Position numbers and translations under genes: made by a program. From contig SBFV01000330.1 in NCBI GenBank assembly GCA_006227775.1, positions 1-33,977 on the forward strand: a stretch of DNA of 33,977 bases, read 5' to 3'. Numbering within the stretch: position 1 is the first letter of the stretch; every line of letters starts with the position of its first letter. The notes under the pieces were generated by a model. It was not told the DNA's origin. It did not search any database and was given only the letters and a program-made list of their open reading frames with translations. The DNA is from Gammaproteobacteria bacterium. GTDB taxonomy: Bacteria; Pseudomonadota; Gammaproteobacteria; Chromatiales; Chromatiaceae. Shown here in pieces: positions 1 through 6,764 of the stretch.

Positions 1-1112
1 CCGCTGCCCGCGCCGCCGGTGAAGAGCGGCGAGCCGTTGAAGACGATGGCAATGCGCGAGCCGGGCTTGTCGCGGTTGCCTTGTTGCCACGGCTGAAACT
101 TGGCGATCATGTGGAGCAGAAAGAGCAGCGCGCCGTCGTTGATGCGTGGCAGCTTGCCGTTGTAGCCGCGAAAGTTGGGCCAGCGGTCGATCACCTTTTT
201 TTCCCCCTTCCAGTCCACGCCAAAGGGCGGGTTGGCCAGCAGGTAGTCGAAACGCATGTCGGAGAACTGGTCGTTGGTCAGGGTGTTGCCGTATTCGATG
301 CGGCTATCCTTGTGCCCCTTGATCAGCAGGTCGGAGGCGGCGACGGCGTAGGAGCGCGGGTTGTAGTCCTGGCCGTAGACCTTGACCGTGGCGTGTTCGT
401 TGTGGGCGCGCAGCCAGTTCTGGCTTTCGGCCAGCATGCCGCCGGTGCCGCAGGCCGGATCGCAGATGGTGACGATCTTGCCCGCCTGGGTGAGCACCTG
501 GGTATCGGGCTCCAGCAGCAGGTTGACCATCAGGCGGATGACCTCGCGCGGGGTAAAGTGGTCACCGGCCGTCTCGTTGGCCGCCTCGTTGAAACGCCGG
601 ATCAGGTCTTCAAACACCAGTCCCATGGTGATGTTGTCCACGTGGCGGGGGTGCAGGTCGATTTCGGCGAACTGCGAAACCACCTGATAGAGGCGGTTAG
701 CCTCTTCGAGCTTTTCGATCTCCTTCTCAAACTCGAACCGTTCGAAAATCTTACGGATGTTCTCGGAAAAGCCATTGATATAATCGACCAGATGGCGGCC
801 GATGTTGTCCGGGTCGCCCTTGAGCTTCCGGAAATCGAGCTGGCTGTGATTGTGAAAACCTAACGGCTGGCCGTCCTCGTCCTTGGCCAGTTCGTTCAGC
901 ACCCGGTCCACCAGTTGCGGGTCTTTGTCCTTCAAGGTGTCAAAACGCTTGAGCACCACTTCCTTGGTGGGGGCCAGCACAGCATCGAAACGGCGCAACA
1001 CGGTTAACGGCAGCATGACCCGTTCGTACTGCGGCGGCCGATACGGCCCGCGCAGCAGATCGGCAACGGACCAGATGAAATTCGCAAGTTGCTGAAAATT
1101 CGCAGGTGTCAT
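1..1112 (-). CDS. hsdM: Type I restriction-modification DNA methyltransferase subunit HsdM (N6-adenine); C-terminus lies off the window
   Basis: The minus-strand frame is open from ATG 1112-1110 to the window edge. It is absent from the ORF track because its stop is off-window. My translation starts MTPANFQQLANFIWSVADLLRGPYRPPQYERVMLPLTVLRRFD. It contains DPACGTGGML (AdoMet motif I) and NPPFG (motif IV, 233-219), then DGALLFLLHMI. The + strand ORF 81..863 is its antisense shadow. Confidence 0.9.
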   Translation of the reverse strand, partial: MTPANFQQLANFIWSVADLLRGPYRPPQYERVMLPLTVLRRFDAVLAPTKEVVLKRFDTLKDKDPQLVDRVLNELAKDEDGQPLGFHNHSQLDFRKLKGDPDNIGRHLVDYINGFSENIRKIFERFEFEKEIEKLEEANRLYQVVSQFAEIDLHPRHVDNITMGLVFEDLIRRFNEAANETAGDHFTPREVIRLMVNLLLEPDTQVLTQAGKIVTICDPACGTGGMLAESQNWLRAHNEHATVKVYGQDYNPRSYAVAASDLLIKGHKDSRIEYGNTLTNDQFSDMRFDYLLANPPFGVDWKGEKKVIDRWPNFRGYNGKLPRINDGALLFLLHMIAKFQPWQQGNRDKPGSRIAIVFNGSPLFTGGAGS

Positions 1113-1342
1113 ACGTTCGAATCCTTCTGATCGAGTTTCAGCTTGCCGCCGCAGATTTGTGATGCGCAGAAAGCGGTAAATTGCTTCATGGCCAGCTTCG
1201 ACGGCACCGTCTTGCCGTTCTCTCAGCGATTGACCGTGGCGAAGCTCACCCCGAGGGCGTGGGCCAGCTCCTCCTGGGAGAGTGCCAGCTTCCGCCGGAC
1301 CTCCTTGAGCGTTTCCGGGAACTTTTCGGGTTGGCGGGTCAT
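1109..1342 (-). pseudogene. XRE/Cro-type helix-turn-helix regulator (77 codons) interrupted by an in-frame TGA at the conserved Trp position
   Basis: The frame from ATG 1342-1340 to TGA 1111-1109 reads MTRQPEKFPETLKEVRRKLALSQEELAHALGVSFATVNR*ENGKTVPSKLAMKQFTAFCASQICGGKLKLDQKDSNV. This is the classic HTH_XRE pattern (LSQEELA..GVS..TVNRWENGK), but codon 40 (1225-1223) is TGA where Trp (TGG) is expected. Its start overlaps the upstream ORF stop (ATGA) and its stop overlaps the hsdM ATG (ATGA). Confidence 0.7.
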
Positions 1343-1668
1343 GGCCACTGGGTATTTCCCGCTGATTGGACGAGGCGCAGTAGGCCGGGCGCGACGTTCC
1401 ACTGGTGGCCGTCGTTGGTGGCGACGCTGGTGGTCTTCTTGTTGAGGCGCAGCACCATACCTTCCAGCATCCGGCCTTCCGGTGCCTGGGAGCCGACCAG
1501 GTCGCCCCTGGTCAAGCTGGTTATCAGCTTGGTGGCACGGATCTGGGATATGAGCTTGAGCCGTTCGACAATCAGCCGGTTGAGAAAGAGCGGATCCTCT
1601 TCGTTCAATCGCTTGATCGCCTACACGGCGGAGATGCGGTCGACGATCTTGACGCTGCCGGGTTTCAT
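1339..1668 (-). pseudogene. Hypothetical protein (about 109 codons) interrupted by an in-frame TAG at codon 16; family not recognised
   Basis: ATG 1668-1666 forms an ATGA overlap with the hepT stop and opens MKPGSVKIVDRISAV. TAG follows at 1623-1621. The same frame then continues as track ORF 1339..1608 (AIKRLNEEDPLFLNRLIVERLKLISQIRATKL...). The only start codon after the TAG is a TTG, with no obvious ribosome-binding site. Confidence 0.5.
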
Positions 1669-2021
1669 GACTGCGCCTCGTCTTTCAGCGCCTTGAGCAG
1701 CGGTAGCAGTTCGGGCACATCATCCTGGATGATGCTCCACAGGGTGTCGTCGTCGATGCCGAGGTAGCCGTGAATCAGGCTGTTGCGGGTGGCGATGATC
1801 ATCCGCCAGGGGATTTCAGGGTGGGCGGCGCGAACTTCATCCGGGATATGGGTGGCGGCTTCGCCGATCAGCTCCAGATTGCGCAGGGTGGCGTCGTAGG
1901 TAAGACCGCTGGCCACAAAACCGGCCTGGCCGAGGCCGTCGGTGTAGGCAAGCACCTTCCCGGCGAAGTCGATCATGTCGTCGAGGTAGAAGCGCCATTC
2001 GCGCTGGCTGGCATCAGACAT
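1665..2021 (-). CDS. hepT: HepT-family (DUF86) RNase toxin of a MntA/HepT toxin-antitoxin pair
   Basis: This is track ORF 1665..2087 trimmed to the internal ATG at 2021 (MSDASQREWRFYLDDMIDFAGKV...). It contains the Rx4HxY catalytic motif (RNSLIHGY). It overlaps the upstream nucleotidyltransferase gene by 8 nt, which is the typical mntA-hepT arrangement. Confidence 0.85.
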   Translation of the reverse strand: MSDASQREWRFYLDDMIDFAGKVLAYTDGLGQAGFVASGLTYDATLRNLELIGEAATHIPDEVRAAHPEIPWRMIIATRNSLIHGYLGIDDDTLWSIIQDDVPELLPLLKALKDEAQS

Positions 2022-2304
2022 GGACCCGCTCCTGTTCGATGTAAGGGCGCATATCCGATCGCAGGGCCTTTTCAGTGACCAGGTCAACAGGGCAGCCGAA
2101 CAGATCCTCTAGGTAGAACTGCACGCCGAAATAGCGCTTGGAGGTAGCCGGGCCGTCGAAGGCCACCAGCACATCGACATCGCTGCCGCTGCTCGCCGTG
2201 TCGCGAGCGGTGGAGCCGAACAGGGCCAGCCGGGTCACGCCGAAACGGGCCTGCAGCTCCGGCTTGCTGCTAGTCAGCAGTTCAAGAGCACGTTGTCTGT
2301 TCAT
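2014..2304 (-). CDS. mntA: MntA-family minimal nucleotidyltransferase antitoxin
   Basis: The 96-aa ORF reads MNRQRALELLTSSKPELQARFGVTRLALFGSTARDTASSGSDVDVLV. It has the GSxxR...SDxD nucleotidyltransferase-fold motif. A GGAGG Shine-Dalgarno sequence lies about 8 nt upstream of ATG 2304. Confidence 0.85.
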   Translation of the reverse strand: MNRQRALELLTSSKPELQARFGVTRLALFGSTARDTASSGSDVDVLVAFDGPATSKRYFGVQFYLEDLFGCPVDLVTEKALRSDMRPYIEQERVHV

Positions 2305-2376
2305 CGCTCAGCCTCCAAAGGTAGTTCACCTTCCGGGCTTTAGCGCACCCGAAACCGCTGGGCGCACGCGAGCCAT

Positions 2377-2422
2377 TAAAAAGAAAACCCGCCCAGTAAC
2401 CAGACGCGGTTAGTGGGCGGGT
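2377..2422 (-). terminator. Rho-independent terminator downstream of ssrA
   Basis: On the minus strand, ACCCGCCCACTAAC (2422-2409) pairs with GTTACTGGGCGGGT (2400-2387) with one mismatch. TTTTCTTTTT follows at 2386-2377. Confidence 0.7.
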
Positions 2423-2436
2423 ATGACTTTTCTAAA

Positions 2437-2796
2437 TGGTGGAGGCGGCGGGAATTGAACCCGCGTCCGCAAGTCCTCTGCCTAGAGATCTACATGCTTA
2501 GCCCTATCTATTGTGTTTAACCTTCCAGCGCCCGAAGGGCAGGGCACTCGGTCGGCGATTCCGAATTGGGTTTTAGCGGATCGGGTCCGGACCCCCCTCC
2601 CCGCGATCCCATGTGTTTTTACCCCTGGAATCCGCTCCCCACAGGCAGAGATCGGTCAGAGGCTCGCCGGATTAGGCGGCGAGAGCGTAGTTGTCGTCGT
2701 TGGCAACTGTTGGTTTGCGGATGGATTTACGAGGTACCCCGCACCTCGGCATGCACCCCAGGGTTCGCAACCCACGTCGAAAGCCATGTCGCCCCC
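2437..2796 (-). ncRNA. ssrA: tmRNA (SsrA), 360 nt including the encoded CCA
   Basis: The minus strand starts GGGGGCGACATGGCTTTCGACGTGGGTTGCGAACCC and ends GCGGGTTCAATTCCCGCCGCCTCCACCA. The acceptor stem carries a G3:U pair, the alanine identity element. An internal tag reading frame is present. The smpB gene lies immediately upstream on the same strand. Confidence 0.93.
2672..2704 (-). other. tmRNA tag-peptide reading frame, ANDDNYALAA*
   Basis: GCC AAC GAC GAC AAC TAC GCT CTC GCC GCC TAA is read on the minus strand inside the tmRNA. The tag has the canonical proteobacterial ...YALAA ending. Confidence 0.9.
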
Positions 2797-2814
2797 TGAG
2801 TCGATGAGTTGGAA

Positions 2815-2843
2815 AGTATAGGGGGGGGCAAGTTCCCGGGCAA
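2815..2843 (-). promoter_or_regulatory. Candidate sigma70 promoter for ssrA
   Basis: On the minus strand, TTGCCC (2843-2838), a 17-nt spacer and TATACT (2820-2815) lie about 19 nt upstream of the mature tmRNA 5' end. This is a pattern match only. Confidence 0.45.
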
Positions 2844-2993
2844 TGGAAAAAATGTTCCTGCGATGATCGGGACGATCGAATGTTCGGGCGGTAGGGGTTA
2901 GGTAGTCCGGCGAATCCCCTCGCCTGTAGTGGGCTCGGTGGACCAGCGAGCCCTGTGACGGGGTGAGGGGCCAGATGTTTGGGGCGGGGCCCG

Positions 2994-3470
2994 CTATTTC
3001 TGCTTGAACAGCCGGTCCTTCTCCCGCAGCCAATCCCGATCCTTCTCGCTGTCGCGCTTGTCATGCAGCTTCTTACCCTTGGCCAGGCCGATCTCAAGCT
3101 TGGCTCGGCCCCGCTTCCAATACATGGCGGTGGGTACCAGGGTGTAGCCCGCACGCTCCACCAAGCCGATGAGGCGGTTGATCTCGCTGCGCTTGAGCAG
3201 CAACTTGCGGTCCCGGGTGGGATTGGGGGTCACATGGGTCGAGGCGCTGCTGAGGGCGGAAATGTGGCAGCCGAGGAGGTATGCCTCCCCCTGGATGATC
3301 CGTACGTAACTTTCCCGCAGTTGGACGCGACCGGCGCGGGCGCTCTTCACCTCCCAGCCCTCCAGGCTAATGCCGGCCTCGAAGCGCTGCTCGATGTGGT
3401 AGTCATGCCCCGCCTTCTTGTTGAGGGCAATGGTGGACTGTCCGGTTTTGGTTTTGGGTTTGGTGGCCAT
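2994..3470 (-). CDS. smpB: SsrA-binding protein SmpB
   Basis: This is track ORF 2994..3512 trimmed to ATG 3470. [47 protein letters not shown] aligns with the E. coli SmpB N-terminus as I recall it (…[38 protein letters not shown]). Confidence 0.93.
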   Translation of the reverse strand: MATKPKTKTGQSTIALNKKAGHDYHIEQRFEAGISLEGWEVKSARAGRVQLRESYVRIIQGEAYLLGCHISALSSASTHVTPNPTRDRKLLLKRSEINRLIGLVERAGYTLVPTAMYWKRGRAKLEIGLAKGKKLHDKRDSEKDRDWLREKDRLFKQK

Positions 3471-3529
3471 GTTCAAGAGTGTAAAGCATGGAGCTTCGGC
3501 GGAGAAAGCCACGTGAGGCTTTCGTCGGG

Positions 3530-3558
3530 TTGATTTTGGCGAGATCTCCGGCTATCTT
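3530..3558 (+). promoter_or_regulatory. Candidate sigma70 promoter for tpiA-secG
   Basis: TTGATT (3530-3535), a 17-nt spacer and TATCTT (3553-3558) lie about 28 nt upstream of the tpiA ATG. This is a pattern match only. Confidence 0.4.
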
Positions 3559-3585
3559 AGCGCGCTCTTCAATTGGGAGGTTCTC

Positions 3586-4347
3586 ATGCGTCAGCCCCTG
3601 GTTGCCGGCAACTGGAAAATGAATGGTTCCGTCGCGAGCGTGCGCGAGTTGCTGGCAGGAATCAAAGCAGGCGTGGCCGGTGTCCCCAGGTGCGAGGTGG
3701 CGGTATGCCCGCCCTTCATCTACATCCCTCAGGCGAGTGCCGAGCTGGCGGGTAGCCCGGTTTTCTGGGGCGCGCAGAATCTGTCCACCGAGGCGGCTGG
3801 TGCCTTTACCGGCGAGATCGCGGCTTCCATGTTGCTGGATTTCGGCTGCACCTATGTCATCGTCGGCCACTCGGAACGGCGTACCCTTTATGGTGAGGAC
3901 GATGACGTGGTCGCGGCAAAGTTTGCCGTCGCCCGTGCCGCTGGTCTCAAACCTATCCTTTGCGTGGGCGAGACCTTGGGTGAGCGGGAGCAGGGCATTA
4001 CCGAGCAGGTTATCGCCCGGCAGTTGGATGCGGTCATGGCCATGCAGGGGGCTGCGGTACTGGCGGATGGAGTCATCGCCTACGAACCCGTTTGGGCCAT
4101 CGGCACCGGCAAGACGGCCACCCCTGCGCAGGCCCAGGAAGTCCATGCCTTTATCCGTGGACGGGTAGCCTCGCAAGCGCCCGAGGTTGCCGCCGGTTTG
4201 CGCATTCTATATGGTGGCAGCATGAAGCCGGGCAATGCCCCGGAGCTCATGGCTCAGCCGGATATCGACGGTGGTCTCATCGGTGGCGCCTCTCTGGTAG
4301 CCAGTGAGTTTCTGGGCATCTGCCAGGCCGCTCACGAAAGCGTCTGA
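3586..4347 (+). CDS. tpiA: Triosephosphate isomerase
   Basis: The 253-aa ORF contains MRQPLVAGNWKMNGS, IVGHSERR and AYEPVWAIGTG. A GGGAGG ribosome-binding site lies upstream. Confidence 0.95.
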   Translation: MRQPLVAGNWKMNGSVASVRELLAGIKAGVAGVPRCEVAVCPPFIYIPQASAELAGSPVFWGAQNLSTEAAGAFTGEIAASMLLDFGCTYVIVGHSERRTLYGEDDDVVAAKFAVARAAGLKPILCVGETLGEREQGITEQVIARQLDAVMAMQGAAVLADGVIAYEPVWAIGTGKTATPAQAQEVHAFIRGRVASQAPEVAAGLRILYGGSMKPGNAPELMAQPDIDGGLIGGASLVASEFLGICQAAHESV

Positions 4348-4354
4348 GGACAAG

Positions 4355-4903
4355 ATGCAAACTATCCTGACCGTCGTCCATCTCTTCCTGGCCCTGGGAT
4401 TGATCGGGCTGGTGCTCATCCAGCACGGCAAGGGAGCTGACATGGGCGCGGCCTTTGGCAGCGGCGCCTCCGCCACGGTGTTCGGTGCCCGGGGCTCGGG
4501 AAATTTCCTGTCGCGAACCACGGCCATCCTGGCGGCACTCTTTTTTGTCACCAGCATGGTTCTGGCCTATTATGCATCCCAGGTCAGTGGGCCTCAGGGG
4601 CTCATGGACCAGATGGATCAGGTGCCGGTGGCGCCAGTAACGGTTCCTCCCATGAAGCGGGAGGAAATTCCAGGCATAGACCAAATGCCCGCCCCGGTTC
4701 CCGGACCAACTCCTTCCGCCGAGGTGCCGGCGGTCGATGCGCCGGTTCCGCTACAGGAATCCGCTCCCGTCGCCTTGACCCCGGCCGCCATGGAGGTTAG
4801 CGAGGAGAAGGTCGATGTGGTGGCGCCTTTGGTCGAGCAACCGCCGGCCGAACAGGCGGTTCCTGCTCTGGCCCCGGCCGAATCTCCAGCACCTAAGCAA
4901 TAA
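4355..4903 (+). CDS. secG: Preprotein translocase subunit SecG with a long Pro/Ala-rich C-terminal extension
   Basis: This is track ORF 4304..4903 trimmed to ATG 4355, which follows a GAGGA ribosome-binding site. MQTILTVVHLFLALGLIGLVLIQHGKGADMGAAFGSGASATVFGARGSGNFLSRTTAILAALFF is the typical SecG core. The tpiA-secG-tRNA-Leu synteny supports the call. Confidence 0.85.
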   Translation: MQTILTVVHLFLALGLIGLVLIQHGKGADMGAAFGSGASATVFGARGSGNFLSRTTAILAALFFVTSMVLAYYASQVSGPQGLMDQMDQVPVAPVTVPPMKREEIPGIDQMPAPVPGPTPSAEVPAVDAPVPLQESAPVALTPAAMEVSEEKVDVVAPLVEQPPAEQAVPALAPAESPAPKQ

Positions 4904-4911
4904 CCTTTGCA

Positions 4912-4996
4912 GCCGATGTGGTGAAATTGGTAGACACGCTATCTTGAGGGGGTAGTGGCGCAAGCCGTGCCGGTTCGAGTCCGGCCATCGGCACCA
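4912..4996 (+). tRNA. tRNA-Leu (anticodon GAG), CCA encoded
   Basis: The sequence is GCCGATG TG GTG-AAATTGGTAGA-CAC G CTATC TTGAGGG GGTAG, a long variable arm, CCGGT TCGAGTC CGGC.. CATCGGC ACCA. I folded the cloverleaf by hand. The anticodon loop is TT-GAG-GG. Confidence 0.9.
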
Positions 4997-5007
4997 TTGT
5001 CGACGAA

Positions 5008-5042
5008 AGGCGGGTCGTTTTAGCGGCCTGCCTTTTTCTTTT
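5008..5042 (+). terminator. Rho-independent terminator after tRNA-Leu
   Basis: A 10-bp stem pairs AGGCGGGTCG (5008-5017) with CGGCCTGCCT (5024-5033), including two G:T wobbles. The loop is 6 nt and TTTTCTTTT follows. Confidence 0.7.
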
Positions 5043-5129
5043 GGGGTCCGTGCCGTGGAGCGGCATTGCCGGCTGCAATATAAGCTATATAACTGATTGA
5101 TTTAAAATTGAAGTATTGAAGCCTTCCGC

Positions 5130-5159
5130 TTGACAGGGGTCAAGGGGCTGCACTAGACT
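5130..5159 (+). promoter_or_regulatory. Candidate sigma70 promoter of the nuo operon
   Basis: TTGACA (5130-5135), an 18-nt spacer and TAGACT (5154-5159) are preceded by an AT-rich, UP-like tract at 5070-5125. This tract is unusual in a window of this GC content. The promoter lies about 57 nt upstream of the nuoA start. Confidence 0.45.
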
Positions 5160-5215
5160 TCGTCACACTGTCTTACTTGCTCACTCAAAATAACCACATA
5201 GCAAGGGGAGGGGGG

Positions 5216-5572
5216 GTGTTAGAAAATTATCTTCCGATCCTGATCTTCATGGTCATCGGCTTGCTGGTGGGTGGTGGAGCCATGGTTGCCGGCTTCGTGC
5301 TAGGCGAGCACCGTCCCGACAGCCAAAAGAATTCTCCCTACGAATGCGGCTTCGAGGCCTTCGAGAGCGCACGGCTTAAATTCGATGTCCGCTACTACCT
5401 CGTCGCCATTCTCTTCATCATCTTCGATCTTGAGATAGCCTTCCTCTTCCCCTGGGCGGTCGCCCTTGATGGTTTGGGTATGGTGGGTCTGATCGCCATG
5501 GCTTTCTTTCTCGCCATTCTGGTGGTGGGTTTTGTCTACGAATGGAAGAAGGGGGCTTTGGAATGGGAATAG
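5216..5572 (+). CDS. nuoA: NADH-quinone oxidoreductase subunit A
   Basis: I trimmed the track ORF to GTG 5216, which directly follows AAGGGGAGGGGGG. The protein is 118 aa and reads (V)[14 protein letters not shown]...NSPYECGFE...[11 protein letters not shown]. Confidence 0.88.
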   Translation: MLENYLPILIFMVIGLLVGGGAMVAGFVLGEHRPDSQKNSPYECGFEAFESARLKFDVRYYLVAILFIIFDLEIAFLFPWAVALDGLGMVGLIAMAFFLAILVVGFVYEWKKGALEWE

Positions 5573-6039
5573 CCGGCATTCTGGAACAGGGCGTCATCAC
5601 CACGACGGCGGACAAGCTCATCAATTGGGCGCGTACAGGCTCCCTGTGGCCCATGACCTTCGGTCTGGCTTGTTGCGCCGTCGAGATGATGCAGGCGGGC
5701 GCGGCACGCTACGATCTCGATCGTTTCGGGATCATCTTCCGCCCCAGTCCTCGCCAGTCGGATGTCATGGTCGTGGCGGGAACCCTCTGCAACAAAATGG
5801 CCCCGGCCTTGCGTAAGGTTTACGACCAGATGGCGGAACCCCGCTGGGTCATATCCATGGGCTCCTGCGCCAACGGTGGCGGTTATTACCATTACTCCTA
5901 CTCAGTGGTGCGGGGTTGCGACCGTATCGTGCCGGTCGATATCTACATCCCCGGTTGTCCGCCTACCGCCGAAGCCTTGTTGTACGGCATCCTGCAGTTG
6001 CAGAACAAGATCCGCCGTACCAATACCATCGCCCGCTGA
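5563..6039 (+). CDS. nuoB: NADH-quinone oxidoreductase subunit B
   Basis: ATG 5563 overlaps the nuoA end. The protein contains [31 protein letters not shown] and IPGCPP, the N2 cluster ligands. Confidence 0.93.
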   Translation: MGIAGILEQGVITTTADKLINWARTGSLWPMTFGLACCAVEMMQAGAARYDLDRFGIIFRPSPRQSDVMVVAGTLCNKMAPALRKVYDQMAEPRWVISMGSCANGGGYYHYSYSVVRGCDRIVPVDIYIPGCPPTAEALLYGILQLQNKIRRTNTIAR

Positions 6040-6053
6040 TCCTTATTAATCCT

Positions 6054-6764
6054 ATGGCATACCAGGAATCGAGAACTGGCGACGCCCGATTGGATGCGCT
6101 TGCGGCAGCCATCGATCGGCACTTCAAGGGCACCAGCTATCAGCTCGAGTTTGCCTGTGGCGAACTGACGTTGATCACGCCCGCGGAGGGTTGGCATGAT
6201 CGCGCCCGGACGTTGCGCGATCATCCAGATTTCCACTTCGACCAGTTGATGGATGTCTCTGGCGTCGACTTTGGCGCTTACGGTCTGTCCGAATGGGAGA
6301 CGGAGACGGCATCCAGCACGGGTTTCGGTCGTGGCGTGGATCAGGGCGACAGCGTCGCCACGGCCGATCCCCGTCGTTTCGCCTCCGTCTACCAACTCCT
6401 GTCGGTGACCCACAATCGGCGCCTGCGGGTCCGGGTCCATCTGGACGGGACTGAGCCGATCATCGACTCGGTGGTGGACCTCTGGAGTGTCGCGAACTGG
6501 TTCGAGCGGGAGGCCTTCGACCTCTTCGGTATCCTCTACCGGGGTCACCCGGATCTGCGTCGCATCCTCACCGACTACGGCTTCATCGGTTACCCCTTCC
6601 GCAAGGATTTTCCCGTCTCCGGCCACGTGGAGATGCGCTACGACCCGGAGCAGCAGCGCGTGGTCTACGAGCCGGTCAGCATCGAGCCGCGCGTCCTGGT
6701 GCCGCGGGTGATCCGCTCCGACAGCCGCTTCGGCGGCGATGCGCGGGACAGCGCCCATGCCTGA
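6054..6764 (+). CDS. nuoC: NADH-quinone oxidoreductase subunit C
   Basis: This is the track ORF trimmed to ATG 6054. The protein contains [40 protein letters not shown], the 30-kDa subunit signature. Confidence 0.9.
   Translation: MAYQESRTGDARLDALAAAIDRHFKGTSYQLEFACGELTLITPAEGWHDRARTLRDHPDFHFDQLMDVSGVDFGAYGLSEWETETASSTGFGRGVDQGDSVATADPRRFASVYQLLSVTHNRRLRVRVHLDGTEPIIDSVVDLWSVANWFEREAFDLFGILYRGHPDLRRILTDYGFIGYPFRKDFPVSGHVEMRYDPEQQRVVYEPVSIEPRVLVPRVIRSDSRFGGDARDSAHA

Noticed and set aside
81-863. 260-aa + strand ORF at the left edge
   Set aside because: It lies exactly antisense to the hsdM frame, which carries the unmistakable DPACGTGGML and NPPFG methyltransferase motifs. Its own sequence is low-complexity (V/G/A/L/D-rich) with no recognisable motif.
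1223-1225. The idea that TGA encodes Trp (alternative genetic code) in this organism
   Set aside because: TGA is used as a genuine terminator by several well-delimited core genes in the same window (nuoB, nuoC, nuoD, nuoG, ribH, DUF3501). A high-GC proteobacterium is not expected to use code 4. A local nonsense mutation, a sequencing error or rare read-through is more parsimonious.
3403-4176. 257-aa minus-strand ORF
   Set aside because: It is antisense to tpiA and overlaps the smpB start region. It has no motifs.
5177-5215. Longer 5' extensions offered by the ORF track (nuoA TTG 5177, nuoB 5542, nuoC 5916, nuoD 6739, nuoE 7791, nuoI 13065, smpB 3512, hepT 2087, secG 4304, ribH 29735, rubrerythrin 20277, ribBA 28636, pgpA 31952)
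   Set aside because: In each case an internal ATG or GTG gives the family-typical N-terminus. That start usually has a ribosome-binding site or a stop/start overlap with the upstream gene. The extensions overlap upstream genes or lack homology.
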